Shown here: piece by piece, positions 10,154 through 20,243 of the stretch
How positions within the stretch are numbered: position 1 is the stretch's first letter
How the letters are laid out: each line of letters opens with the position of its first letter
DNA from: a virus
Lineage: Duplodnaviria; Caudoviricetes
Virus record (IMG/VR): IMGVR_UViG_3300006071_000014
Coordinates: 1 to 60,345 of that record
Length of the DNA stretch: 60,345 bases
Strand: one strand, 5' to 3'
The notes under the pieces: generated by a model
Told to the model about the DNA's origin: nothing
The model's input: only the letters and a program-made list of their open reading frames with translations
Databases searched by the model: none
Position numbers and translations under genes: made by a program

Positions 10154-11164
10154 ATGATTTCAATACAAGATGTAGTCCATTTACACATGGAATTTAGTTC
10201 GCTGTGCAATGCTCGTTGTCCGCAGTGTCCGCGTAATTTATTTGGCTATCCATTTAATAGTGGATACGAAGAAACAAATCTTTCGTTAGAACTTGTTAAA
10301 AAATCTTTTAGTCCGCAGTTTATTTCACAATTAAAACATATATTGGTCAATGGAAATCTTGGTGATTTTACTTCAAATTTAGAATCATTGGATATTATTC
10401 AATATTTTAAATCGCACAATGAAAAATTAAGAATAGAAATAAGCACAAATGGTAGCGCAAGAAATGCAGCATTTTGGGCAGACTTGGCACAGTTTAGTTA
10501 TACAGAAGTTCAATTTTGTTTAGATGGTCTTGAAGACACTCACCATCTTTATCGTCAAGATACTGATTATAATAAAATTTTGCAAAATGCAAAAACATTT
10601 ATGGATAATGGTGGGCATGCTATATGGAAAATGATAAAATTTGACCATAATTCACACCAAATAGAACAATGCAGAGAACTTTCTAAAAACTTAGGTTTTG
10701 CTAATTTTTTATTAATAGATGATGGTAGATGCGTTGGTCCAGTATTTGATCGTGATGGAAAATTATCCCACATCATGGGCGATTGGGCTGGCGATACAGT
10801 AATTGAAAATATTATTGCTGACAAAAGTAATCGGAATAAAGAATTTTTTATCTCGCCACATGTACCTGGTACAACATATTCTTGTTTTTCTAAGAATCAA
10901 AAATCGATATACATTGCATCAGATGGCAAAGTATATCCATGCTGCTTTATGGGTTTTAATCCAGAAAAATATGATAAAGGTTGGAATGGAAAACTAAATC
11001 AACAAATTAAACCATTGGTGTCACAGTATAGTTTGCACGAATATGATTTAGAAACATGCATGCGTTGGTTTAGTAAAGTTGAAAGTGCTTGGACTCGTGA
11101 TAGCTACGAAGATGGTGCTCTTACAACATGTGTAAAAATGTGCGGAAAAGTTCCACAAGCATAA
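10154..11164 (+). CDS. Radical SAM protein with SPASM/twitch domain
   Basis: CNARCPQC, STNG, DGKVYPCC, C-terminal CxxxC. Confidence 0.85.
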   Translation: MISIQDVVHLHMEFSSLCNARCPQCPRNLFGYPFNSGYEETNLSLELVKKSFSPQFISQLKHILVNGNLGDFTSNLESLDIIQYFKSHNEKLRIEISTNGSARNAAFWADLAQFSYTEVQFCLDGLEDTHHLYRQDTDYNKILQNAKTFMDNGGHAIWKMIKFDHNSHQIEQCRELSKNLGFANFLLIDDGRCVGPVFDRDGKLSHIMGDWAGDTVIENIIADKSNRNKEFFISPHVPGTTYSCFSKNQKSIYIASDGKVYPCCFMGFNPEKYDKGWNGKLNQQIKPLVSQYSLHEYDLETCMRWFSKVESAWTRDSYEDGALTTCVKMCGKVPQA

Positions 11165-11195
11165 TTTCCAATAAATAATAGCGGAGTAGTAGATT

Positions 11196-11444
11196 TTGCG
11201 CAAACAATCACGTTCTATATTAGATGAACTAAGCACTTTAAGTGTTGGTAAAAATACTGGATTAGTATTAGAAAGCCGTGCTAACCATATTATTAATAGT
11301 GCTATCAATCTAATTAATCAAATACGTGAAACTTATGATACTCCAGAAGCAGATGAACTTGAACGCCGACTTTTAAATAGTATTCGTGCGCAAGAACCTG
11401 CTAAATTTATTCGTGGATTGCGAAAGATAGACGAAAGCCGTTAA
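11196..11444 (+). CDS. Conserved phage hypothetical protein
   Basis: TAAATA and GGAG upstream; TTG start. Confidence 0.6.
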   Translation: MRKQSRSILDELSTLSVGKNTGLVLESRANHIINSAINLINQIRETYDTPEADELERRLLNSIRAQEPAKFIRGLRKIDESR

Positions 11445-11524
11445 TCTACTATATACGCCTTAATTTTTAACTCAAACATAAATACTATTAGCGTAATAAT
11501 AAACGCAAATTTTGGAGAATTAAA

Positions 11525-11947
11525 ATGGCAGATTTTTATCGTACAAATGGTAATGCTGGTGTAGTTGGTGATGGTAAGGGTTTTATCTCAACAGCAATCG
11601 GTGCTAGCTTTATCGGAAAGTTCCCTGTAGCACTTGCAGGTTATATCGCTAACACTAGCGGCACAGCACAAGATATTCGTGGTGAAAGCGCAGTAAACTA
11701 CGCAATTCCTGCAATCCTAAACGCAATTGAGTCAAACGTGACTGTTCTTGCATATCAGGTTGAAGCATCATCTGGTGGTAACATCAGTCTTCTTCTTGAA
11801 GGCGCACAAGGTCTTGCATCAACTGATGCTGGCATTGCAAGTGTTGTTCAGGCAACTGTTCGTAGTCTAACTGCTGCTGGTAACAACGCAGTTGATTGCA
11901 GCGGTTCAGTATTCGCTAACCGTGGTTTCAAGCTAAGCTACACTTAA
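11525..11947 (+). CDS. Probable abundant virion protein
   Basis: Strong GGAG RBS, biased codon usage, own terminator. Confidence 0.6.
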   Translation: MADFYRTNGNAGVVGDGKGFISTAIGASFIGKFPVALAGYIANTSGTAQDIRGESAVNYAIPAILNAIESNVTVLAYQVEASSGGNISLLLEGAQGLASTDAGIASVVQATVRSLTAAGNNAVDCSGSVFANRGFKLSYT

Positions 11948-11973
11948 TATATCCTAGATATATTACAAAGTTC

Positions 11974-12000
11974 AAGGGCGGGCAACCGCCCTTTTTCTTT
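11974..12000 (+). terminator. Intrinsic terminator
   Basis: AAGGGCGG-GCAA-CCGCCCTT followed by a T-run. Confidence 0.85.
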
Positions 12001-12029
12001 GCCTAAAATAATATACAATAAGTAAAACC

Positions 12030-12395
12030 ATGATTAGATGTTTAACACTTTTTGATATTACCAGAAATGGCGATTATTATGCTCAAAATCAATTAAAAAA
12101 TTGGCACACATTAGTTCAAGCTATTGGTTTAAAATCTATTCCTACAATTCAAGCATATCCTACGAGAGTATATCGAAAAATAGATGATATTGGATTTGGT
12201 GAGAATTATACAGGATTTCATAATGTATGGTTGTTTGATTTTGATTCTGATAACTTCAAAAATAACTTAGAATCATTAGAAAATGAAATTGGTTTTATAC
12301 CAATGATAACTGGTCTCGAAGAAAGTGTAGAAGACCTTAAAAAATATACCATTGTTTCTGGTGAAAATAAAAATATCTGCTTTTTATTATTATAA
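12030..12395 (+). CDS. Hypothetical protein
   Basis: 121-aa ORF. Confidence 0.6.
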   Translation: MIRCLTLFDITRNGDYYAQNQLKNWHTLVQAIGLKSIPTIQAYPTRVYRKIDDIGFGENYTGFHNVWLFDFDSDNFKNNLESLENEIGFIPMITGLEESVEDLKKYTIVSGENKNICFLLL

Positions 12396-12435
12396 TTGAT
12401 ATTATAAATATTATTTGCAATGCACGGAGTTTGTT

Positions 12436-12708
12436 ATGGCAAAGAAACCATATGAAATTGAGCGAACCAGTTTAGAAGCGCATGTCGATATCTGTGCAGA
12501 GCGTTATGAACAAATGGATAATAAAATGGATACTATGGAATTAAGACTTGCAAAGGTTGAATCCATAGTCAGCGATATTAAAAACATGTTAATCGAAAAA
12601 GAAACTTTGGCTTATAAAAAACTCGTTGGCTTAGGAATTGGCATTATTGGCTCACTATTAACGGCACTTTTGGGACTTATATTATATGTGGCAAAAACGC
12701 ATAGTTAA
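12436..12708 (+). CDS. Coiled-coil protein with C-terminal TM helix (XhlA/holin-like architecture)
   Basis: GGAG RBS before ATG 12436; heptads then LVGLGIGIIGSLLTALLGLILYV. Confidence 0.55.
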   Translation: MAKKPYEIERTSLEAHVDICAERYEQMDNKMDTMELRLAKVESIVSDIKNMLIEKETLAYKKLVGLGIGIIGSLLTALLGLILYVAKTHS

Positions 12709-12744
12709 TTGACAAGTGGTTGTGCTTTGTGCTAAATTAATAGC

Positions 12745-13182
12745 ATGATTAATGAAAGCAAAACCCTCAACAAAATCAAAAAATTCGTCACGGAAGAATA
12801 CGATCACTTGCCTAACAAGGGCGCAGTGATTGTAAAATCCGTGGGGAGCGGATATGTAGTCAATGGCGTTGAAGTAAAATTAAATGATAATAAATGGACC
12901 GTAATTAATAAGAATACGGTAATTTCAACACTTCGCCAACGCCGTATTGCAATACTTACTGCTGCGCTTGTTGCAAAGAACAAATATAATGATATTAGTT
13001 CTGCTACAGCAATCGACAAACAATTAGATATATACCTTGCAGATCAAAATCACTTTCGCATGCGATTAAAAAACAACCCGCATAATGCAGTTGCGCAAGA
13101 TCGCCTTGCAAAAGTAGATAGCGAATTAGACTTACTGCATCAACAGATAGACCTTTTAGAAAAAACCGTCTCTATTAAATAA
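12745..13182 (+). CDS. Hypothetical protein
   Basis: 145-aa ORF with its own TTGACA/TAAATT promoter. Confidence 0.6.
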   Translation: MINESKTLNKIKKFVTEEYDHLPNKGAVIVKSVGSGYVVNGVEVKLNDNKWTVINKNTVISTLRQRRIAILTAALVAKNKYNDISSATAIDKQLDIYLADQNHFRMRLKNNPHNAVAQDRLAKVDSELDLLHQQIDLLEKTVSIK

Positions 13183-13208
13183 ATACTATTAAATGTAAGG
13201 ACAACACT

Positions 13209-14120
13209 ATGTTTGTTAAAGAATTCGGAAAGACATCTTCTGCAGAGTTAAATCAGCAATTGGACAAAGTTTATAAATGGCAACTTAATCTTGCTAAGAT
13301 AAATGAAAGCGATGCTAATCAGATGTTGAAAACTATTGGCACAAAGATTCGTGCAATTAAGACATCAAGTCAGGCACACTATGCCGAACGCAATCCACAA
13401 TATATGGAAGCTGTTATGGTAGGCAAGATTTTAGAAACATGGAAAAACGAAATGGCACAAGGTCGAGCAATATTAGCAGAAAAAATGCAAGCAATTACTG
13501 ATTATTGCACAGTAAATCTTAATGAGCGTGAATTATCACCGAGCGAACTTAAGAAGCGTGAGCATTATGCAAAGTCACTTAAAGGCAAGAAGGGTGATTT
13601 TGAAAAACGTTATGGCAAGCGTGGCGAAGAAGTTATGTATGCTACTGCTACTAAGATGGCAAAGAATGAAAGCATTGAGTTGCCACCAGCACTAACCGAA
13701 GGTGAAATTGAGCAAGCACGTGTTACTATGGCTGCTCGTGACCTTGCAGATACTGTTCAAGACATTGTTGAAAAAATCAGCAAGATGCAGAACGAACAAC
13801 TACCAGCACTAGTAAGTGCTATGAAAGATGAAGTTGGTATGGAACAAGCTAACTCATTTAATGATACAACTAAGCAAGTATTGGGTAGCTTACTTGATGC
13901 TGCTAATGGCGCACGTGATACTCTTGATAATGCAAGCCGTGGTGTCTATGGTGCTGCTCCTATGGGCGAACCTGCTCCTGATATGGGTGCTGCTCCTATG
14001 GGCGAGCCTGCTCCTGATATGAATGCTCCTATTGGCGATGAAAATGATAATGAGCCTGAGTTAAATGCAGTTGATAGTGCTACAGGCGGACCCGCAGAAA
14101 TGGGACGTGGTTTAAGATAA
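13209..14120 (+). CDS. Probable prohead core/internal head protein
   Basis: Helical, acidic Pro-rich tail, repeated L-x-E candidate protease sites (NLNE, LTE). Confidence 0.5.
   Translation: MFVKEFGKTSSAELNQQLDKVYKWQLNLAKINESDANQMLKTIGTKIRAIKTSSQAHYAERNPQYMEAVMVGKILETWKNEMAQGRAILAEKMQAITDYCTVNLNERELSPSELKKREHYAKSLKGKKGDFEKRYGKRGEEVMYATATKMAKNESIELPPALTEGEIEQARVTMAARDLADTVQDIVEKISKMQNEQLPALVSAMKDEVGMEQANSFNDTTKQVLGSLLDAANGARDTLDNASRGVYGAAPMGEPAPDMGAAPMGEPAPDMNAPIGDENDNEPELNAVDSATGGPAEMGRGLR
13951..14030 (+). repeat. 36-bp coding tandem repeat (GAAPMGEPAPDM x2 plus partial)
   Basis: ggtgctgctcctatgggcgaRcctgctcctgatatg repeated. Confidence 0.85.
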
Positions 14121-14458
14121 TGAAACTTCTTGAAGTTGCTCCAGATTTTGTAAAGAGTCAAGCCGGTGTTTTTATGACTATTTTACAATATCTGGAGAGT
14201 AAGACTAAACCAGGCGTACAAATTCCAATGGCCAACATTAGTAAATTAATGAATAATGCTGGCTATTCTTTTTCTTATGAAAACCTTGAAGAATTAATTA
14301 ATTCAAATCCTAGTATTGGTGAAATGATTAGTGATTATAACAACCAGCATGTTGTGCTAGGAAAAGAAAGCGTAGCCAGCAAACAACCTGATAAATCAGA
14401 CATTGAAAAGCAATCTGCCACTGTAGATAATATGGCAAAAAGCGCAGCCAAGTTCTAA
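14120..14458 (+). CDS. Hypothetical protein, possible internal head protein
   Basis: MKLLEV N-terminus; TAATG-coupled. Confidence 0.55.
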   Translation: MKLLEVAPDFVKSQAGVFMTILQYLESKTKPGVQIPMANISKLMNNAGYSFSYENLEELINSNPSIGEMISDYNNQHVVLGKESVASKQPDKSDIEKQSATVDNMAKSAAKF

Positions 14459-14468
14459 TAAATACTTA

Positions 14469-15383
14469 ATGCGCATAGGTGATTTAGAAACCTTAACTAC
14501 ATTTCATGATAAACTTAACCCAGATTTATGGGAAGGCAATCATTTAAAACCACAAGTTCGTCTTGCACTTTTTAAAATTGCAAAAGCATTTGTTGAATTT
14601 ATCAATGTAGAAGACCTAGAACTTACTGATATTACAATAAGTGGTAGCAATGCTAGTTTTAATTATAATAACAAGAGTGATATTGACCTTCATCTTATTG
14701 CTAACAGTAGCGGACCTTGTAAAGTTAATCTCAAAGACCTTTTTCAAGCCAAAAAAGTAATATTCAATGATCAACACGATATTACAATTTTAGGTCATGC
14801 TGTTGAAGTATATGTTCAAGGCAGTGAAGATAAACACATTTCTAATGGTGTTTATAGTGTGTATAATGATAACTGGGTACAGTTTCCAAAAAAGATAACT
14901 GCCAAGCCAGATGTTACTAATATTGAACATAAGTTTGAACACTTAGAAGAAGAAATTAAACAGGCACTTGAGAGTGGCGATCCGCAAACTATTGCAAGAC
15001 TTAAAAAACGTATTAAAGATATGCGTCAAAGTGGTTTAGAAAAGAATGGCGAGTTTGGTGTAGAAAATTTAGCGTTCAAACTACTTCGTAACACTGGTTT
15101 AATTCAGAAATTATATGATGCCGAAACTATTGAGACCGATAAAGAATTAAGTCTTGGAGAGGGCAATGCTTTTTTGGGTGCGCTTAACACTGCCAGAAAA
15201 AATAATCTAGAGTATTTTATAGTTGATGGCAAGAAATACAAAGTAAAAAAGAACAAGAAGATTGTAAAAGAAGCGGAACTGACTGAAAAGTGGAGCAAGA
15301 AATACAAGCGCAGTATAGATTGTTCTCATCCTAAAGGTTTTAGCCAAAAGGCTCACTGTGCTGGTCGTCGTAAAAAGAAATAA
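14469..15383 (+). CDS. Pol-beta superfamily nucleotidyltransferase
   Basis: ISGSNASFNYNNKSDIDLH (GS...DxD) and VEVYVQ. Confidence 0.7.
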   Translation: MRIGDLETLTTFHDKLNPDLWEGNHLKPQVRLALFKIAKAFVEFINVEDLELTDITISGSNASFNYNNKSDIDLHLIANSSGPCKVNLKDLFQAKKVIFNDQHDITILGHAVEVYVQGSEDKHISNGVYSVYNDNWVQFPKKITAKPDVTNIEHKFEHLEEEIKQALESGDPQTIARLKKRIKDMRQSGLEKNGEFGVENLAFKLLRNTGLIQKLYDAETIETDKELSLGEGNAFLGALNTARKNNLEYFIVDGKKYKVKKNKKIVKEAELTEKWSKKYKRSIDCSHPKGFSQKAHCAGRRKKK

Positions 15384-15403
15384 ATAATCACGGAGCGCCA
15401 CAC

Positions 15404-15742
15404 ATGTTTACAGCCACTAATGCCAGAATTGCAAGTATTGACAGCGTAGTCGTTGAGACTGAACTTGCATTGTTAAACATTAATATTATTAATGCGGTTG
15501 ATAACAACCAAACAACAGTCAGAATTAATGGCAATACATATACATCAATCGGTGCTAATACTGTTGTTGGCACACCCATGACCCTTGATGCCAATTATTA
15601 TTCAACTTGGCAGACTATTACATCTAATAATTTTGCTAGTGGGCAAATGCAAACAGTTATTGACAACTTCACAAAGCTAGGATATACTATAAGTCGAATC
15701 TCAACAGATGGACAACATATATCTTGGCAAATATCCTGGTAA
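15404..15742 (+). CDS. Hypothetical virion protein
   Basis: TAAATA and GGAG upstream. Confidence 0.55.
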   Translation: MFTATNARIASIDSVVVETELALLNINIINAVDNNQTTVRINGNTYTSIGANTVVGTPMTLDANYYSTWQTITSNNFASGQMQTVIDNFTKLGYTISRISTDGQHISWQISW

Positions 15743-16425
15743 CACATAATCCTTTATACGATTATAAAAAAATCACACGCAAAGAAACAGAAGCAGGTCG
15801 TAGATATCAAACGCCCGAAGGCGATATTGTAGCAAGTGTTACAACTATCCTTGATAAGACTAAAAGTGAAGAAAAGAAAAAATCACTTTATGAGTGGCGC
15901 AAACGTGTTGGTGTGGCAAAAGCGCAAGAAATTACCACAGAAGCTGCTGGTCGTGGAACCTCAATGCACAAGCAGTTAGAAAACTGGCTTGAGTTTGGTG
16001 ATCTTAAAACTGGTGGTAATATGGTTCATGGACAAGCCGCCAAGATGGCAACTGTTATCATTGAAGAATATATGAAAGGTCAGATGCAAGAGTATTGGGG
16101 CATGGAAACTGCACTATACTATCCTCAACTTTATGCTGGTACTACTGACCTTGTAGGTGTTTATAATGGCAAACCATCTATTGTAGATTATAAGCAAACT
16201 AATAAACCAAAGAAAACCGAATGGATTTCGGACTATTTCATTCAAGGTGCTGCCTATGCTGCCGCACATAATCAGTTGTTTGGTACCGATATTTCACAGA
16301 TTGTTATCTTAATGTGTTCCAAAGATTGTGAGCCACAGCGTTGGATTATTAAAGGTGAAGAGTTTGACCATTGGACAAGTGTATGGTGGGATAGAGTTTG
16401 GGAGTTCTATGCGGATAAACCATAA
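15724..16425 (+). CDS. PD-(D/E)XK exonuclease (Cas4/MGME1-like fold)
   Basis: SVTTIL, RGTSMH, YAGTTD, IVDYKQ, QGAAYA. Confidence 0.8.
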   Translation: MANILVTHNPLYDYKKITRKETEAGRRYQTPEGDIVASVTTILDKTKSEEKKKSLYEWRKRVGVAKAQEITTEAAGRGTSMHKQLENWLEFGDLKTGGNMVHGQAAKMATVIIEEYMKGQMQEYWGMETALYYPQLYAGTTDLVGVYNGKPSIVDYKQTNKPKKTEWISDYFIQGAAYAAAHNQLFGTDISQIVILMCSKDCEPQRWIIKGEEFDHWTSVWWDRVWEFYADKP

Positions 16426-16449
16426 ATATCCTTAAAGCAGGATATCCGC

Positions 16450-19400
16450 ATGGCAATCGTTCAAATTTCTCGTATTTCACACCGCAGTGGTTTATACGAA
16501 AATCTACCACAATTAAGCAAAGCAGAAATTGGTTATAGTATTGATACTCGCCAATTGTTTATTGGTAACGGATTAGTTACCGATGGAGCGCCAAGTGCTG
16601 GTAATACAGAAATTTTAACTCAATATAGCGATATTTTAAACTTAGCTAATACCTATAGTTTTAAAAATAGTGACGCAGGTTATAATCCACAAACTGGAAA
16701 TGCTCGTGCGCAGTATAATGCTATTGCATATAATGGTACCATTTATGTTGTAGTTGGTACTAGAGGAAACATTTTAACAAGTATTGATGGAAAAACATGG
16801 ACTAGTACAACAAGCGGTACAACTAGTGATTTGCTTGATGTAGTATATGGTAATGGTACGTTTGTTGCTGTTGGTGCAAATGGTGTTGTTATTTCTAGTA
16901 CAAACGGTACGGTTTGGTCATCTAGCGGCGCAGTTTCATACACCAATATTAATGCTATTGTTTATGGTAATAGTAAATTTGTTCTTGTTACTCTTCAAGG
17001 CAGTGTATATTGGAGTGCAAACGGTGTTAATTGGACAGGACCAGTTACTACTGGTGTAAGTGTTGCATTAAATGCAATCGCATATGGTAACGGTAAGTTT
17101 GTTGCAGGTGGTTCAACTGGAACTATAATTTATGCTACTGATCCAACTTCAAATAGTGGATGGACTACTGTAACCGCTGGTTTTGATGATATCGTTGGAT
17201 TACGATATATAACCGATACATCAACATCTACTAGTGCGTTCATTGCAACAAAAGCAAATAACAAAGCATTTTACAGTACAGATGGAATAACTTGGCGTCG
17301 TTCATTAATAGATACTTTTGTTTCAAGCACAACAAATGGTGCTAATACATATGCCATTACAAGTTGGGGTGATGTTTATAAGAATACAAATGGCACGTTA
17401 GTTTATTTGTCCTCTGTAGCAAGTGGTATTGAAAATTTTACCAAGATTTATTACAATGGTACTGGTACATTTCATGCTCTTACTGGAAGTGGTGGAATTT
17501 ATACTAGTAGTAATGCGTTAAATTCATCTTGGACTTTACGAACTAGTGGTGTTACAACGAGCCTCAATGATGTTTATTATGATGGCAGCTATTGGATAGT
17601 TGTTGGTGACGGTGGTGTAATTTTAAGCAGCACTGATGGCACAACTTATACATCACGCACAAGTAATACAACAAATAACTTGTATTCTATTACAAAAGGT
17701 TCAAATCCTGCAACATATATTACAGTGGGAGCAGCAGGAACAGTAGTTACTGCGCCTAATATAACTACTTGGACAGTTGCAAGCAGCGGAACATCTGCTG
17801 ATTTACGTAGTGTAACAGTAGCAAACTTAGGTGGTAGTTCATATTTGGCACTTGCAGTTGGAACAAGTGGTATTGGTATAAGCAGTCCAAACAGTTCAAA
17901 CTATGTTACTTGGGCAACTGCGATTAATAATAGCGCAGTAAATCCAAGCGGCTCACCTGTGTCATTGGCTGATCTGAATAGTGTATCCTATGTAACATTC
18001 ACACCACCTGGCGGTGCGCAAACAAGTTATTTTGTTGTTGGCGGTGATCACGGCGTATTTGCGGTTAGTTCTACTGGTACTACTAGTAGTTGGCTAACAC
18101 GAAATCTAGGCACACTTGCAGATATACAAAGCATAGATTATGATGGAACATATTTCTTTGCTGTTGGTGATGTTGGTTTAACTTATAGTAGTAGTTTAGA
18201 TTCAAGCACATTTGTTCCATTAAGTGGTTATTATGGAGCAAATTTATTAGCGCCCGCAATTTATGATATTACTACAAACGGCACAATAAACATTATGGCT
18301 GGTCAATATGGCTATTTGTACAAAAGCACAGGTCAATTTAAATATTGGAAACGAACATCTGTAAGTTTAAATTATACTATAACATCCATTGCTTATCTAA
18401 ATGCACAATATACTGCCATTGGTACTAATGGGCAAGTATCTTATAGCAACGATGCAACTACATGGACTGGACAAAGTTACACCTATGGTAATAGTATCAC
18501 TGTTCGCAGCATACAAAAGAAATTAGATGATTTTGTAAGTGTAAAAGATTTTGGTGCTATGGGAGATGGCGTTACTGATGACACTGAGGCAATTAATCGT
18601 GCATTATATGAATTGTATTGCCGCAGTGGTAGTTTAAATGCAAGAAAAATTCTTTATTTTCCTGCTGGTAATTATATTGTTAGTGGCAGCATAAACGTTC
18701 CAAGTTTTGCAAGAATTATGGGTGAAGGTAGTTATAATACACAAATAACGCAAACAGTAAGTCCATACATTTATCCTTATGTTACGTGGGTAATGTATAC
18801 TGCTGATAACTTGCAACAAATTCAAAACTTAATTGGATTAAACGGTGCCAATTTGCCAACTGATATTACTATTAGCAATTTAACACTAAAGAGTTTAAAT
18901 GATGGTATTATTATTGATACTGCAAGTCGTGTAACACTGGACAATGTTCGTATTCAAGGACAAAGTGCAGCAGTAACTTCTTCAACTGATTCTATTAGCG
19001 GAAATACAACGGCTGCGGTAAAACTTTTAGGTCGCAGTTTAATATACAATACTGATGTTAATTTAGTAGATTGCTTGTTTAGTGGATTTAATACTGGTGT
19101 ATATTTGCCAGCATCACAAAATACAAGTAATTCATTAATCGACAGTTGTACATTTTATAATTTATATTATGGAATTTATTTTGTTGGTAATTCTTCAAAA
19201 GGCGTTACACTAAGCAATAGTGTAATGGATCAAATTTATTCTAATGGTGTATATGTTGTAAATTCTTCAAATTTCTTAAGTTTAGCCAATTATTATAGAG
19301 ACGTAGGAGATCATTTAACTGGTCCAACAAACCCATCAACTTATGTAATTAATTGGGATAGTACAGCAATTGGTTGTGCTAGCGTCGGTGATACTTTTGA

Positions 19401-19800
19401 TAGAACTGATATGAATATTGTCATTGAAACAGTTAATACAGTTGAATGGAATTATAATGTTGGTCTGCGTTTAGGAAGCATACAGCATAATAATGGTAAA
19501 TCTCTAACACTTGCAGCAAGACAAACTGGTGTTGCACTTGGAACAGGTTATGATAGTTTTGCAAGTCAAGTTGCTGGTCTGCTTGTAGATTATACTATTA
19601 GTCGAAATGGTGGTGTTCGCAGTGGAACATTTAAGTTTAGCTTGACAAGTGGTGGCGTATATAGTATAGATGATGATAGCACTCAAAATTCGGATGTTGG
19701 AGTAACATTTGGTTTCAATGGAACCGATTTAACTTATACATCAGATGGAAATGGAACAGGTCTCCTCAATTATGCTATCAGATACCTTGAAATGCTATAA
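16450..19800 (+). CDS. Large tail/baseplate protein: Mtd-N-like start, beta-propeller repeats, pectate-lyase-like beta-helix
   Basis: LPQLSKAEIGYSIDTRQLFIGNG; repeated SxDGxTW/YGNGxFVAVG; VSVKDFGAMGDGVTDDTEAI. Confidence 0.75.
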   Translation: MAIVQISRISHRSGLYENLPQLSKAEIGYSIDTRQLFIGNGLVTDGAPSAGNTEILTQYSDILNLANTYSFKNSDAGYNPQTGNARAQYNAIAYNGTIYVVVGTRGNILTSIDGKTWTSTTSGTTSDLLDVVYGNGTFVAVGANGVVISSTNGTVWSSSGAVSYTNINAIVYGNSKFVLVTLQGSVYWSANGVNWTGPVTTGVSVALNAIAYGNGKFVAGGSTGTIIYATDPTSNSGWTTVTAGFDDIVGLRYITDTSTSTSAFIATKANNKAFYSTDGITWRRSLIDTFVSSTTNGANTYAITSWGDVYKNTNGTLVYLSSVASGIENFTKIYYNGTGTFHALTGSGGIYTSSNALNSSWTLRTSGVTTSLNDVYYDGSYWIVVGDGGVILSSTDGTTYTSRTSNTTNNLYSITKGSNPATYITVGAAGTVVTAPNITTWTVASSGTSADLRSVTVANLGGSSYLALAVGTSGIGISSPNSSNYVTWATAINNSAVNPSGSPVSLADLNSVSYVTFTPPGGAQTSYFVVGGDHGVFAVSSTGTTSSWLTRNLGTLADIQSIDYDGTYFFAVGDVGLTYSSSLDSSTFVPLSGYYGANLLAPAIYDITTNGTINIMAGQYGYLYKSTGQFKYWKRTSVSLNYTITSIAYLNAQYTAIGTNGQVSYSNDATTWTGQSYTYGNSITVRSIQKKLDDFVSVKDFGAMGDGVTDDTEAINRALYELYCRSGSLNARKILYFPAGNYIVSGSINVPSFARIMGEGSYNTQITQTVSPYIYPYVTWVMYTADNLQQIQNLIGLNGANLPTDITISNLTLKSLNDGIIIDTASRVTLDNVRIQGQSAAVTSSTDSISGNTTAAVKLLGRSLIYNTDVNLVDCLFSGFNTGVYLPASQNTSNSLIDSCTFYNLYYGIYFVGNSSKGVTLSNSVMDQIYSNGVYVVNSSNFLSLANYYRDVGDHLTGPTNPSTYVINWDSTAIGCASVGDTFDRTDMNIVIETVNTVEWNYNVGLRLGSIQHNNGKSLTLAARQTGVALGTGYDSFASQVAGLLVDYTISRNGGVRSGTFKFSLTSGGVYSIDDDSTQNSDVGVTFGFNGTDLTYTSDGNGTGLLNYAIRYLEML

Positions 19801-20230
19801 CTGGTTCAGTGGCAATTCTGCATATAGAATATTACAATGGCGAGAATATCGTCGCAATATTGCAAGCAACCATTTGCAAATTATAGCAAAAGATTGGGCT
19901 AAATGCCCAATCATTCCAAATTATCTTGAATACGATGATTGCAGAGACTGGCCTGATCCTTGGACCTTGGTCAGTGAAGGTAATTATTGCGATATAGCAC
20001 GTGCGTTAGGCATGTTTTACACTTTATACTATACTTCTTATCCATTTCGTGATACTATGAAAATAGAGATTTACAAGGATAGAAAAAATCATGAATACCT
20101 TAATTTATTGCGATGTGAAGACGGATTATATACGCTTAATTACAATATAGGCGAGGTTGTAAATAGTCTCTCTGTCCCCGAATCGGCAGAACTCATAAAC
20201 ATCGTAACACATAAAAATTTAAAAATTTGA
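19745..20230 (+). CDS. Conserved phage protein, possible transglutaminase-like Cys motif; true start probably later
   Basis: WPDPWTL...YCDIARALGMFYTL. Confidence 0.55.
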   Translation: MEMEQVSSIMLSDTLKCYNWFSGNSAYRILQWREYRRNIASNHLQIIAKDWAKCPIIPNYLEYDDCRDWPDPWTLVSEGNYCDIARALGMFYTLYYTSYPFRDTMKIEIYKDRKNHEYLNLLRCEDGLYTLNYNIGEVVNSLSVPESAELINIVTHKNLKI

Positions 20231-20243
20231 AAGAGAGAATAAA

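Noticed and set aside
16450-19800. Diversity-generating retroelement suggested by the Mtd-N-like domain
   Set aside because: No reverse transcriptase or template/variable repeat pair is visible.
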